Assembly: GCA_963769025.1 (NCBI GenBank)
Contig: CAVYKI010000010.1
Span: forward strand, 416,001 to 480,000
Direction of reading: 5' to 3'
DNA length: 64,000 nucleotides
Source: an uncultured Verrucomicrobiae bacterium
GTDB lineage: Bacteria > Verrucomicrobiota > Verrucomicrobiia > Chthoniobacterales > Chthoniobacteraceae
Below, in pieces: positions 35,860-48,166 of the stretch. The notes beneath the pieces were generated by a model, which saw only the letters and a list, made by a program, of their open reading frames with translations, was not told the DNA's origin and did not search any database. Within the stretch, counting starts at the first letter, position 1; every line of letters begins with the position of its first letter. A program made the position numbers and the translations under genes.

Positions 35860-37301
35860 ATGACCCCGATGAACTCCAACACCTGCGGCGACATCACCCC
35901 CCTTCTCACGCGCCGCGACGTGCTGAAGAATGTCGCGTGCGGCTTTGGCTGGCTCGCGTTTGCCGGGTTGGTCGGAAAAAATGCGATCGGCGCGGAGACG
36001 AGCCCGCTCATGCCGAAGCTGCCGCACTTCACGCCCCGGGCGAAGCGCGTCATTTTCCTCTCGATGCGCGGCGGGCCGTCGCACGTGGACACCTTTGACT
36101 ACAAGCCGAAGCTCACCGCGGACACCGACAAGCCCGGCAAGCGGCCCGGCACGAAGCTGCTCGGCTCGAAGTGGAAATTTTCGCAGCACGGCAGGAGCGG
36201 GCAGTGGATTTCCGAGCTGTTCCCGAATGTCGCGAAGCACGCCGACGAAATGTGCGCTCGTGCGCTCGATGCAGACGGATCTGCCGGCGCATCCGCAGGC
36301 GTTCCTGAAGATGCACACGGGCAACTCGCAGTTCGTCCGTCCGTCGCTCGGCGCGTGGACGCTCTACGGGCTCGGCACGGAAAATCGAGAACCTGCCGGG
36401 CTTCATCACGCTCACGCCGCCGTCGGGTTTTGGCGGCGCGCAAAATTACGGCAGCGCGTTTCTCCCCGCGATCTACCAGGCCACGCGCATCGGCTCGGAC
36501 AACCGCCCGGTCGCCAACGCCGAGGTGCGCAACATCCAGACCACGCTCGGCCCGACGGCGCAGCGCGCGGAGCTGGAACTCATCCAGACGCTCAACCGCG
36601 AGACGCTCGCGCCGCGACCGCGTACAATCCGGAGGTCGAGGGCGTCATCGAGAGCTACGAACTCGCCTTCAAGATGCAGAGCCAGATGCCCGCGGTGATG
36701 GACCTCACCAAGGAAACCGAGGCGACGAAGAAGCTCTACGGCATCGGCAACACCGGGACGGGGCGGGGGAGGCGGCCTTTGGCGAGGATGGCGACGGACG
36801 ACATCGGCCGGAAGTGCCTGCTCGCGCGGCGATTCATCGAGTCCGGCGTGCGCTTCGTGGAAGTATCGCCACGGCAACTGGGACCAGCATTTCAACCTCG
36901 GCACCGCGCTCGCAGGCGAACTGCACGCTCCGTGGACCTGCCCATCGCCGGCCTGCTCACGGATCTGCAAGCAGCGCGGCCTGCTGAAGGACACGCTCGT
37001 CGTGTGGAGCGGCGAATTCGGCCGCACCCCGCACGCGCAGGGCGGCGACGGACGCGACCACAACAACAAGGGCTTCACGCTCTGGATGGCCGGCGGCGGC
37101 GTGAAAGGCGGCCTGAGCTACGGCCAGACCGACGACTACGGCTACGAGGCGGTGGAGAACAAGGTGCAGATCCACGACCTGCACGCGACCATCCTCGCGC
37201 TGCTCGGCCTCGACCACGAGAAGCTCACCTTCAACTACGCCGGCCGCGATTTCCGCCTCACGGACGTCGAGGGCAACGTGGTGAAGGCGATCATGGCGTA
37301 G
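35860..37301 (+). CDS. DUF1501-family Tat-exported protein (frameshifted)
   Basis: TRRDVL Tat motif, [39 protein letters not shown]. Confidence 0.9.
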
Positions 37302-37313
37302 CGCGACGCGCCG

Positions 37314-37670
37314 CTACCGCTTCGCGAAGACCTCCACCATCAGCACGGTCGTCTGCCCGTCGTCGGTCGTCACCGTCACGGGCTTCAAGAGCGGCAGCGG
37401 CTTCTTTTCAAAGTCCACCTTCACGACCACCGCGCCGCTCTCGCCGGGCGCGAGCTTCTTCTTCGTCGCGTAGGCCGCGGTGCAGCACACGCAGACCCCA
37501 CGCACGCTCTCGATGCGCACAGGCGTCTTGCCAGCGTTGCGATACGGAAACTCCCGGCGCACCGACTTCTCGGCGGGCCCGACCTCGATGCGCTGCGTGG
37601 TCCCGTCCCATTTCAAGCCGCCGGCGAAGGCGGATTGCACGAGGAGCAGCAATGCGAGGAGGTATTTCAT
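37314..37670 (-). CDS. DUF1573-like secreted Ig-fold protein
   Basis: Signal peptide, FPYRNAG..CVCCT..LAPGESG. Confidence 0.75.
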   Translation of the reverse strand: MKYLLALLLLVQSAFAGGLKWDGTTQRIEVGPAEKSVRREFPYRNAGKTPVRIESVRGVCVCCTAAYATKKKLAPGESGAVVVKVDFEKKPLPLLKPVTVTTDDGQTTVLMVEVFAKR

Positions 37671-37850
37671 GGGCGGCGGACAGATGAGCGCACCGCGAGA
37701 TGCGAGGCACGGAGAAAATCGCCGGTATCCCAAACTCGATGCCGTCCGCAATTTCACTCCTCTGGAGCCATCCGGCCGGGGTGGCGACCAAGCCGGGCAC
37801 CACCGATGCTGCGCACGGCTTGACGTCACAGACGCAAAGCCCTACAGCAC

Positions 37851-39011
37851 ATGAGGATGCCACTGAATCGTCGCTCCTTCATCAAAACCCTGGGCACCGC
37901 TGGGACCGCAACGCTCCTCACAGACATGCCAGGCGTAACTTACGCGGTTACGACGCCGTCCGAGAGAGCTCCAAAACTCTCGCAGCCCGAACAGCGGGCG
38001 GTGGATGCGGTCATCCGTCCGTTCATGGAACGATTCAAGGTTCCCGGCCTTTCCATCGCCGTCGGTCGCCAAGGGCGGTTTCTGTTCAATCAGGCACTCG
38101 GCTTGGCGGACGAGACGACGCAAACGCCGCTCAGCACGGAGAGCGTGTTCCGTGTCGCGAGCATCAGCAAGTCGTTCACCGCTGTGGCGATCTTTTCGCT
38201 CATCGAGCAGGGTCGGCTCCGGCTGACCGACCTGGTCTTCGGCGAGAAAGGAACACTGGGCTTCGACTTTGGGAAGACCCTGCCCTCACCGGTGAATGAA
38301 CTCACCATCGGGCATCTGCTCACACACCGTTGCGGCGGATGGACGAACAAAGCCCAGGATCCGATGTTTCAAAACCCGGCAATGAATCATCGCGAGCTGA
38401 TCGAGTGGACGATCCAGAACGTGCCCCTCACCGAGGCCCCTGGGAAGACCTACGCATATTCCAACTTCGGCTACTGCATTCTCGGGCGCGTCATCGAGAA
38501 ACTCACCGCCCTCCCTTACCAGCAGGCGGTCCAGCGCGACGTCCTTGCAAAGTGCGGCATCACCACGATGCGGATCGCCGGCAACACCCTGGCGGATAAG
38601 GCGCCTGGGGAGGTCACCTACCATGACCGGGAGAAGGACTTTGCCTACAAGATGAACGTCGTGCGGATGGATTCGCACGGCGGTTGGATGGCTCGGGCAA
38701 GCCGACCTCGTGCATTTCCTCATGCGCGTGGACGGCATCTCATCCCCGGCGGACATCCTGCGCGCCAACACGATCAAGGTGATGACCACACCGGTATCCC
38801 CGGCCGACGGCTACGCGTACGGCTGGACATGGCGCAGGGTGGCCACTGGTGGCACGGCGGAAAGCTGCCCGGCACTGCCACGATCATGTCCCGCATGCCG
38901 AGCGGCTTGTGCTGGTCCGCACTGGCCAACACCGAAACCGAAGAACTGAGCCGGGCAATGATTCCCATGATGTTGGAACTGGTGAAGGCGGTCCCCGCAT
39001 GGCGCGCATAA
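37851..39011 (+). CDS. Beta-lactamase/AmpC-family serine hydrolase with Tat signal (compensating frameshifts ~38700-38830)
   Basis: NRRSFI, FRVASISK (SxxK), LLTH, YSN, HGG. Confidence 0.9.
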   Translation: MRMPLNRRSFIKTLGTAGTATLLTDMPGVTYAVTTPSERAPKLSQPEQRAVDAVIRPFMERFKVPGLSIAVGRQGRFLFNQALGLADETTQTPLSTESVFRVASISKSFTAVAIFSLIEQGRLRLTDLVFGEKGTLGFDFGKTLPSPVNELTIGHLLTHRCGGWTNKAQDPMFQNPAMNHRELIEWTIQNVPLTEAPGKTYAYSNFGYCILGRVIEKLTALPYQQAVQRDVLAKCGITTMRIAGNTLADKAPGEVTYHDREKDFAYKMNVVRMDSHGGWMARASRPRAFPHARGRHLIPGGHPARQHDQGDDHTGIPGRRLRVRLDMAQGGHWWHGGKLPGTATIMSRMPSGLCWSALANTETEELSRAMIPMMLELVKAVPAWRA

Positions 39012-39142
39012 TCGCATCGCAGCCCCGGCGCTGACGAAACGCATTCACAGCCAGCCGGGCAACGAGGCAACACAAGCCGCACACGGTGCGTTGCGTAAGT
39101 TGGGACTTGTTTCCCGCTGCGAAGGCAGGCGATAAGGCGCAA

Positions 39143-40041
39143 ATGAAACTCCTCCCCTCACCGCTCCTCCGCTCCGTTTTCACCGCCACCGCGCTCGTCG
39201 CGTTCGGCTTCCTGCCCCGCGCCTCCGCGGAGATCGCCGTGAAGAGCGGCGACAAGATCGCCTTCCTCGGCGACTCGATCACCGCAGGGCGGCTGGGGAA
39301 ATCCAGCGGGCTACGTCCGACCTCGTCATCGCCGGGCTCGAGGCGAATGGCATCAAGGCCGAGCCCGTCCCGGCCGGCATCAGCGGCCACAAATCCGACC
39401 AGATGCTCGCGCGCCTCGAAAAGGACGTGCTCAGCAAGAAGCCGCAGTGGATGACCCTGAGCTGCGGCGTGAACGACGTGTGGCACGGCAAGCGCGGCGT
39501 CCCGCTCGACGACGCCGCAGCCGCCGAAGCCCGGCGAATACGACGAGAAGGTCGCCGACCGCGGCACTTACAAGAAGAACATCACCGCCATCGTCGAGAA
39601 GGCCGCCGCCGCGGGCGCAAAACCCGTCATCCTCACCGCCACCGTCATCCACGAAAACCTCGACAGCCCCGAGAACGCGCGCCTCGCGCCCTACAACGAC
39701 TTTCTCCGCAAGCTCGCGAAGGAAAAGCACCTCCCCATCGCCGACCTGTTCGCGCTCTTCGCCGAGCGCATCAAAAAGGAAAACAAGCCCGGCACGAAGG
39801 TCGCTCACCAGCGACGGCGTCCACATGAACGGCGAAGGCAACAAGCTCATGGCCATCGGCGTCCTCCAGGCCTTCGGCCTCAACGCCGCGCAGATCGAAA
39901 AGGCGAAGGCCTCATGGCCCGCCCTCGAAGCCGCCGCCGCCGAAGCCGCAAAGAAAGCCGCCGGATGCCAAGGCTGCCGCTGCTGCCGCAAAGGCGAAAG
40001 CCGACGCCGCCAAGGGACAGCCTGCGCCGACGGCGAAGTAA
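39143..40041 (+). CDS. SGNH/GDSL hydrolase (frameshifted)
   Basis: FLGDSIT, GISG, GVND, DGVH motifs spread across frames. Confidence 0.88.
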
Positions 40042-40082
40042 CCTGCCGCTTTCGCAAGGAAACGGCGACTGCGTGCGCCGGA

Positions 40083-42643
40083 TTACGCGAGCGGACCAAT
40101 GCGAAGGAGGCCCATCACGGGTTCGCCGGCGGCGCGGGACGCGGCGAGATCGACCTCGAACTCCGCGACCCAGTCATTCGCCTCGGCGGGATCGATGAGC
40201 ATCTGCTGCACGCGCCAAGTGCGCTGGTCCTCGGACGGCGTGACGTAGGTGTGGCGCACGTTGCGCGCCTCGGGATCGAGGCGGATGCGCTCGTGCTCGA
40301 CGTGGTATGCGTCCAGCGCCTGGCGGAGCCGCTCGGCGGTCCACGGCTCGCCTTCGGCGTCCGCGGATGACGCGATGGACGCGAGCGCCGCTTCGAAATC
40401 GCCGCTGAGCAACGCGCGCAGGAAGGTGAAGATGCGGTTGCGAATCGCGGCGGTGAACGCCTTCGCGTCGCGCGTGATGTCGCGCGCGGCTTCCTCGGCG
40501 CCGGGCGGGCGCACTTCCGGCTGCTCGCCGCGCGGCTGGTAATTCGGGTCGCGCATTTTCTCCCACTCCTCGAGCAGGCTGGAATCGATCTGCCGGAGCA
40601 TCGTGCGCGAGGTAGAGTTCCATCTCGCGCAACGGCGTCGTTCTTCGCCGCGTCGGGCACGGTTTGCGCGAGCACTTTGTGGACGCTGGAGAGATGCCGC
40701 AGCAGCAGCCCTTCGGCGCGCTGGAGTTCGTAGACCTTGATGTAATCCGCGAAGGAGCGGAACTCCTCGAACATCTCCCGCGCGATGGATTTCGGGCGGA
40801 TGTTTTCCTGCCCGACCCACGGATGCCGCGCGGCGAAGGCATTGAACGTCGAGTAGATGAAATCGCGGTTCGGCTTCGGGTATTCGAGCTTCTCCAGCTC
40901 CTCCATGCGCTGGTTGTATTCGATGCCCTGCATCTTCATCTCGGCGATCGCCTGGCCCTTCACCTTGTCGAGTTGCTTGCGCAGGATGACGTCCGGATCT
41001 TCGAGGATGGATTCGACCAGCGTGAGCACGCACGAGCGCGTAGTCCGGCGCCTGCGGGTCCATGAGCGGGAGCGTGTCGTGGACGTAGAGCGAGAGCGTC
41101 TGGTTCATCGAAAAATCGTCCTGCAGCGCGACGTTCACGCGCACCTTCGCGCCCTCGGTCGGTCTGCGGGATGAACTCGATGATCTTCGCGCTCGACGCA
41201 GCGCGCGGAAGAGCTGCCAGCCGCGCTTCGGGTCAGCGCCTTCTTCGCCTTCGGCGTTTCGTGGCAGCGCGCGATGAGCTCGCGCATCGCGCGGCAGCCG
41301 TCGCCCGGGCGGCTGAGCACATTGAGCAGCATGCCGTGCGTCACCTGAAACTGGCTCGTCAGCCGCTCCGGCGGCGCGGCGATCAGGCGCGCAAAGGTCT
41401 GCTTGTCCCAGTTCACGAAGTTCCGCTCCGGCGGTTTGCGCTTCACGAATTTCTTCCCGCCGCCCGCCTGCTTTTGCTCGAGCTGCAGATTCTCGATCAC
41501 ATGCTCCGGCGCCTGCGCCACCACCCAGCCGACATCGTCGAAACCCTTCCGTCCCGCGCGCCCGCTGATCTGGTGAAAGTCGCGCGCGCTCAGGATGCCC
41601 GTCTTCTGCCCGCTGAATTTGCAGAGCTGCGTGAAGAGCACGGTGCGGATCGGCACGTTGATGCCGACGCCGAGCGTGTCCGTGCCGCAGATCACCTTGA
41701 GCAGCCCGCGCTGCGCGAGTTGCTCGACGAGCACGCGATATTTCGGCAGCAGCCCGGCGTGATGCAGGCCGATGCCGTGGCGCAGCCATTTCTTGATCTC
41801 CGGCCCGTACGGACTGCGTGAACTTGAAGCCCTCCAGCGCCTGCGCGATCGCCGCCTTCTCCTCGCGCGTGCAGACGTTCGTGCTCATGAAATCCTGCGC
41901 GCTCTGCGCCGCCTCGGTCTGCGTGAAATGGACGACATAGACCGGCGCCTTTCCCGCCGGCGACGCAGCGCTCTCGAGCGTCTGCGCCAGCGGCGTCTCC
42001 GCGTAGGAAAACTCCAGCGGCACCGGCCGATCCGTCGACGCGACGGTCACGGTCTCGCGCCCGTTCAGCCGCGTCAGTTCCTCCTCGAAAAACGCCGTGT
42101 CGCCGAGCGTCGCCGACATCAGCAGAAACCGCGTCTGCGGCAGCGTGAGCAGCGGCACCTGCCAGGCCACGCCGCGCTCGCGATCCGCGTAGTAGTGGAA
42201 CTCGTCCATGATCACGTCGTCGCACATTCGCGTCGCGCGCCTTCGCGCAGCGCGATGTTCGCGAGGATTTCCGCGGTGCAGCAGAGGATCGGCGCGTCGC
42301 GATTCACCGACGCGTCGCCCGTGCTCAGCCCGACATTCTCCGGCCCGAACTCGCGGCAGAGCGCGAGCCATTTCTCGTTCACCAGCGCCTTGATCGGGCA
42401 GGTGTAAACCGAGCGCCGCCCCTGCGCCAGGCTCTTGAAATGCAGCGCCGTCGCGACCAGCGATTTGCCCGAGCCGGTCGGCGTGTTGAGGATGACGTTC
42501 TTCTCCGTCGAACAGCTCCAGGATCGCCTCCTCCTGCGCGGGATAAAGCTCCAGCCGCTTCGCCGAACGTAATCCAGAAACCGCCCGAGCAGCGCGTCAT
42601 TCCCGGTGTGCCCGTCTTTGGGAATCGCGTCGTAGAGCGTCAT
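40083..42643 (-). CDS. Ski2/HelY-like DEAD/DEAH helicase with DUF3516-type C-terminus (frameshifted)
   Basis: [49 protein letters not shown]. Confidence 0.92.
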
Positions 42644-42854
42644 GGGCATCCGGCGGACGGTGATGTGCCGCGCAATTTCCCGCAACACGCTTCTCGCGAT
42701 GGCGTGCGTCCGGCGGCGGCGGCGCATCTTGACACTCGTCGCGGCGCTTTGTCAGCGTCGCCCCGATGAATCTCCCGGCCACCACGGCCATTTTCCGCAG
42801 AATCATTCGCGGGGTGGCCCGCACCGAAACGCTCCGTCACCGGCGCGCGGCCTG

Positions 42855-44405
42855 ATGCTGTTCAGCTCCTGGCAGTTCATCTTCGTCTTCCTGCCGCTCG
42901 CGGTGGCGGGCTTCTTCGCGATCCCGGCGCGGGCGCAGGTCGCGCGGAAATGGTGGCTGCTGCTCGTGTCGCTGTTTTTCTACGGCTACTGGAAGGTCGA
43001 GTACGTGCCGCTGCTGCTGTTCTCCATCGGGTTCAACTACGCGGTGGCCGAGGGCATCATCGGGTGGCACGGCCGCCCGCGGCGCGGTGGTTCATGACGG
43101 CGGGCGTCGCGATCAATCTCCTGCTGCTCGGCTACTACAAATACACGAACTTCATCCTCGACGCGCTCGGGCGCGTGGGCGGGCCGGAGATTCATCGGTT
43201 CGACATCATCCTGCCGCTGGCCATCTCGTTCTTCACGTTCACGCAGATCGGCTACATCGTGGACGTCTATCGCGACCAGAAGCTGCATTACCGACTGCTC
43301 GACTACTCGGTGTTCGTCGTCTTTTTCCCGCACCTCATCGCGGGGCCCATCGTGCGGCACTGGGAGATCATCCCGCAGTTCGCCGAGAAGCAGCTCAAGG
43401 CAAACCGCGAGGACATGGGCGCGGGCATCGCGATGTTCCTGCTCGGGCTCTTCAAAAAGGTGCTGCTCGCGGATCCGGCGGCGCACTTCGCCGACACGGT
43501 CTATGGCGCGGCGGAAGCGGGGACGGCCATCACGTGGTTCGACGGCTGGCTCGGCACGCTCGCGCTACGCGATGCAGATCTACTTCGATTTCTCCGGCTA
43601 CTCGGACATGGCGATCGGGCTCGCGCGGATGTTCGGCATGAAGTTCCCGCGCAATTTCGACTCCCCCTACAAGGCCGGCAGCATCATCGAATTCTGGCGG
43701 CGCTGGCACATCACGCTGTCGCGCTTCCTGCGCGACTACCTCTACTTTCCGCTCGGCGGCAACCGCTGCGGGAAAACGCGGCACCTCGTGAACATCATGA
43801 TCACCATGGTCGTCGGCGGGCTGTGGCACGGCGCGGGATGGACCTTCCTCGTGTGGGGCGCGCTGCACGGCACATACATCGTCATCGCGCACCTGTGGCG
43901 GAATTTCCACACGGCGCGCGGCTGGCGTTTTGCCGCGCACTGGAGCTACCGCGGCGCATGCGTGGTCGTGACGTTCATCGCGGTGCTGTATGCGTGGGTG
44001 TTCTTCCGCGCGAAGACGCTGCCGGAGGCCGGGCGCGTCGTCGCGGCGATGGCCGGCATGAACGGCTTCACGATTCCCAAAGCCGTGAACGATCCGAAGC
44101 GGCAGCCCGGGCCGATGCTCGAGACGATGGGCGCGCGCTTCGTGGATCAGAGCCTCGGGGACAAGTTCTACAAGCCGGGCATGCGCTGGATGGCCGCGCT
44201 GCTGCTCATCGTTTTCCTGTTGCCCAATACGCAGCAGCTCCTCCGCGGAACCGATCCCGACGCTCGGAGCCGGTCGAGCGCCCGTGGCGATGGCAGCTCG
44301 GGCTCAACGCGGTCACCGGCCTCGCTCCTCGGCGTGCTGCTGTTCGTCGTCATCTGCAGCTACTTTGTCGCGCGGCCGAGCCCGTTCATCTATTTCAACT
44401 TCTGA
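42855..44405 (+). CDS. MBOAT O-acyltransferase (AlgI/DltB-like; frameshifted)
   Basis: LPLAISFFTF, FFPHLIAGPI, QIYFDFSGYSDMAIG, FWRRWHITLS, GLWHGA, FIYFNF. Confidence 0.93.
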
Positions 44406-44411
44406 TCCGCC

Positions 44412-45418
44412 GTGAAAGTCCGCCGCTCCTTTTTCATCGCGCTGCCCCTCGGGCTGCTGCTGTCCGCGGCGATCTATTTCGGCCTGTTTCTCCTCCAGCT
44501 CGGCGTGCCGACGGCAAAGTGGGCATGGCTCCACGAAATCATCGTGGCCAAGCGCAAGCTCGCCGAATCCATCACCCAACCGAAGCTGCTCATCGTCGCC
44601 GGATCGTCCGCGCTCTACGGCATCAGCGCGGAGGAAATCGAGCGCCAGACCGGATTCCCGCGGTCAACTTCGGCACGAACGCCGCGCTCGGCCCGGACTA
44701 CATCCTGCACATGACGCGCAAGGTCGTCCGCCCCGGCGACACCGTGCTGCTCGCGTTCGAGTACGAGCAGTATCTCTTCGGCAATCTCACCGGCGAGACC
44801 ACGGACGAGCTGTTCATCGACTACATCCTCGGCCACGACCGCGAATACGTCCGCAGCCTCAGCTTCCACACGCAGTTCAAGCTCGCCCTGCTCACCTCCA
44901 CCGACCGCCTCTGGATGGGTGCCCGCGCCGTTTTCCAGAAGCCGGTGCAGAGCGAGGCCACCGCGGCCTTCATCCACGGGATGCTCGAAGCCATCAACAG
45001 CCACGGCGACCAGACCAACGCCGTGCCGGAACGGCGCCCTGCGGAGGCCGCGATGCGCTCGATGGCCACCTTCATCCCCCGGTACGGCTTTCCGCCATCG
45101 GTGCCGGGCTTCCCGCCGATCCGGGAATTCGCCGCGTGGGCAAAGGCCAACAACATCCGCGTCCTAGCCACCTTTCCCAACACCACGCATCGCCCCGAGT
45201 ACGACCTGCCCGAAGGCACGCGGATGCCCGGGCAGTTCCGCGCCTACTACGAAGCCATGGGCGTCCCCGTCATCGGCGAACTCTCCGAGGCCATGCTCCC
45301 CGAGGATCAGATGTTCGACTCCTTCTACCACCCGATGCGTTCCGCCGCCCTCGAACGCACCCGCCGCCTGCTCCCCCACCTTGCCCCGTATCTCAAGTCC
45401 CAGCCGGGCGCGCGTTGA
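44412..45418 (+). CDS. MBOAT partner, periplasmic SGNH-like (DltD/AlgJ-like); frameshift ~44655
   Basis: N-terminal TM, IVAGSS, NFGTNA, FDSFYH; follows the MBOAT gene. Confidence 0.65.
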
Positions 45419-45433
45419 AGGCCGCGGCCAGTT

Positions 45434-46819
45434 TTACTCCGGCAGGAAGCGGATGCGCTTGTTGATGTCGGTGTTGATCGAGTGGTACGGCTGCGTGAGG
45501 TTCCCGGCGGCGAAGAGCGTCTGGCGGGTGTGCTCCATGTCGTCGTTGCCGATGGCGCTGGTGAAAATCGGCAGCAGGTATTCGATGCCGAGGCGCGAGG
45601 GTTTCAGCAGCTTCGTGTCGTAGAGCGCGGGGTGCATCTGCCGCGCGTGGATGAGGCCCCAGCGGTCGCGGAAGCGGTTGGCGTCGTAGCCCTCGACGTG
45701 GAAGCCGGTGGACTTGCTGTATTGCAGGACGGAGACGGCGTTGTTGCGCCCGTCGTTGAGCAGTTCGACGGCCTTTGCGCCGAGCTGCGCGGCGTAGAAG
45801 CGGTCGAACGCAATCGGCCTGCCGCCGCGCTGCGTGTGGCCGACCTTTCTGGTGAAGATGGCCTCGCGCGCGGACTCGCTGCGGCGGTAGCTCTGGAAAT
45901 ATTTGTCGCCGAGCATCTGGATGAGCTTCGCGCGCAGGGCCTCCGCGGCACCGCTCAGCGCGACGTTGCCGGCCGGGTCGAAGGTTCTCGATTCCGCGCC
46001 GAGTTCGTTGCCCTGCGCGTCCACGATGCCTTCGCCGCACACGATGACGACGTTCTTTTGCAGGTCGTAGATGCTCTTCACCCGGTCGGCGAGGTGATCG
46101 ACGTCCAGCGGCACCTCCGGCACGAGCACGATGTCGGGCCGGCCGTAGGTGGAGCCGAGGGCGATGTAGCCGGAGTGCCGGCCCATGACTTCGACGATGG
46201 CGATGCGGCGGTGGCTCTCGGCGGTCGTGCGGAGGCGCTCGACGCCGCTCGCGGAGACGAAGACGGCGGTGGCGTAGCCGGGCGTCACGTAGTTGACCAT
46301 CTGCTCGAGGTCGAAGACGGACTGCGATTCGCTGCGGCGGTAGCGCATTCCGCTTTTCGCCGCGGGGTCGTGCGAACGGACCCATTCGTCGGGCTCGCTC
46401 GCGTAGTTGAGGCCGAGGTCGTTGTCGATGGTCTTGGGGGCGAGCACGGTGGGCAGGCGCTCGGCGAGCGGCTGCAGGCCGTTGAGCGTGCCGTCGCCGC
46501 CGACGCAGACGAGGCCCTCGATGCCGAGGCGCTGGAGGCGCTCGACGATGAGCTCGAGCTCTTCCTTTTTGTCCGGATCCACGTAGTCGCGGGACGAGCC
46601 GATGAGCGTGCCGCCGATGGTCGGGTCGAGCTCGGGGATGGTCTGGTAAAGCGGGTTGAGGTGCACGTGCGGCACCTTGGGATTGAAGAGGCTGTTGAAG
46701 CCCTTCATGAGGCCGAAGACCTCGATGCGGAGCTGATTCGCACGGACGACCGCGCCGTGGATGGTTGCGTTGAGTGCGGGCGTGTCCCCGCCCGCCGTGA
46801 GAATGCCGATTCGCTTCAT
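45434..46819 (-). CDS. pfkA: 6-phosphofructokinase (PfkA family)
   Basis: ILTAGGDTPALNA, GGTLIGSSR, VGGDGT, PKTIDND, EVMGR, GHTQRGG. Confidence 0.93.
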   Translation of the reverse strand: MKRIGILTAGGDTPALNATIHGAVVRANQLRIEVFGLMKGFNSLFNPKVPHVHLNPLYQTIPELDPTIGGTLIGSSRDYVDPDKKEELELIVERLQRLGIEGLVCVGGDGTLNGLQPLAERLPTVLAPKTIDNDLGLNYASEPDEWVRSHDPAAKSGMRYRRSESQSVFDLEQMVNYVTPGYATAVFVSASGVERLRTTAESHRRIAIVEVMGRHSGYIALGSTYGRPDIVLVPEVPLDVDHLADRVKSIYDLQKNVVIVCGEGIVDAQGNELGAESRTFDPAGNVALSGAAEALRAKLIQMLGDKYFQSYRRSESAREAIFTRKVGHTQRGGRPIAFDRFYAAQLGAKAVELLNDGRNNAVSVLQYSKSTGFHVEGYDANRFRDRWGLIHARQMHPALYDTKLLKPSRLGIEYLLPIFTSAIGNDDMEHTRQTLFAAGNLTQPYHSINTDINKRIRFLPE

Positions 46820-47003
46820 GTTTGAAAAAACGTTTGCCGTTGAACCGGCGAACAGCAACGGCACGCGCACCGAAGAGTCAAGCCTTCGCACGGTGCCAGC
46901 CCGGCAGCGGACCGATGCCGCGCCCTTCCGGAGGGACCCGCTGAGCGAGGTGACGTGCGGGATTTTCGTTTACATGCATTTTCGAGGAGATGAGCTTCTT
47001 CAA

Positions 47004-48104
47004 ATGTCCGAAGCGCTCCCACAAAAGTCATTTGCCGAATTGCTCGGGGAAGAAGCGCGGAAATCGAACCTCGCGGCCCGGGAAGTCAGCTTTCCCGCAG
47101 GGCAGATGATTTTTGGAGCGGGCGAATTGGGCGACGGCCTGTACGTGATCGACGAAGGCATCGTCGAGATTGCCACCGCGATGCCGGACCGGCAGTCGCG
47201 GGTTCTTTCCACGCTGGGGACCGGGGCGTTCTTCGGCGAGATGTCTGTGATCGACGACCTGCCGCGCTCGGCCAACGCGAAGGCGCTGACGGCCACCCGC
47301 GCACGATTCTTTCCACGCGAAGAAGTCTGGCGCCTGGTCGCCCAATCACCGCCGCTCCTGATCGCGCTGATGCGGGAAGTGATCGGTCGGATGAGGCGCG
47401 CGGAGCAGCGCGCCATGCAGGAGGCGTTGGAGGCCGCGCGGCTTTCGGTCGTGGGCCGCTTTGCGCAGTCCATCGTGCATGATTTGAAGAATCCGCTGAA
47501 CACGATCGGGCTCGGCACGGAGCTCGCATTCTCGGATCATTCGACCCCCGAGATACGCAAGGAAGCGGGGCTCCTCGTGCGAAAGCAGGTGGACCGGCTG
47601 GCGGGGATGATTCACGAAGTGCTCGAGTTCACGCGTGGGACGACACGGTCGCTGGATCTGGTCCCGGTGGATTTCCGGGAGTTCATCGCGAGCGCCGTCG
47701 AGGAACTCCGCCCGGAGGCGGAGGCGCGGGCCGTGAAGCTGGAGCTTGCGAACGAACCGCCCGAAGTGCCCGCGCTGATCGATCGTGTGCGGCTCATGCA
47801 CGTCATCCACAATCTGGCGAACAACGCGATGGATGTGATGCCTTCGGGCGGGAAAATCCTGTTTCAGTTCCGGCTGGAGGACGGGGGCGTCGTCACGGAA
47901 ATGGAAGACACAGGGCCCGGCATCGCGCCGGAGGTTGCGAACCACCTCTTCGAGCCGTTTGTCACGCACGGGAAGTCCCACGGGACCGGGCTCGGCCTTT
48001 CCATCTGCAAGCGCATCGTCGAGGACCACGGCGGCAAGATCGCGGCGATCAGCCAGCCAGGGCGCGGCGCGAAATTTTCATTCTCGCTGCGGCGGCAGTG
48101 CTGA
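47004..48104 (+). CDS. Cyclic-nucleotide-binding domain histidine kinase
   Basis: GAFFGEMS..PRSANA phosphate-binding cassette; VHDLKNPL; DTGPGI; GTGLGL. Confidence 0.92.
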   Translation: MSEALPQKSFAELLGEEARKSNLAAREVSFPAGQMIFGAGELGDGLYVIDEGIVEIATAMPDRQSRVLSTLGTGAFFGEMSVIDDLPRSANAKALTATRARFFPREEVWRLVAQSPPLLIALMREVIGRMRRAEQRAMQEALEAARLSVVGRFAQSIVHDLKNPLNTIGLGTELAFSDHSTPEIRKEAGLLVRKQVDRLAGMIHEVLEFTRGTTRSLDLVPVDFREFIASAVEELRPEAEARAVKLELANEPPEVPALIDRVRLMHVIHNLANNAMDVMPSGGKILFQFRLEDGGVVTEMEDTGPGIAPEVANHLFEPFVTHGKSHGTGLGLSICKRIVEDHGGKIAAISQPGRGAKFSFSLRRQC

Positions 48105-48166
48105 GGCTTCAAGCCGCCGGCCGATCCTGCGCCTTTCGCCAGCACATCCGAGCCGCGGTGTTTCCG

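Noticed and set aside
37851..39011. Bona fide antibiotic-resistance beta-lactamase
   Set aside because: Motifs only place it in the broad serine hydrolase family; substrate cannot be inferred.
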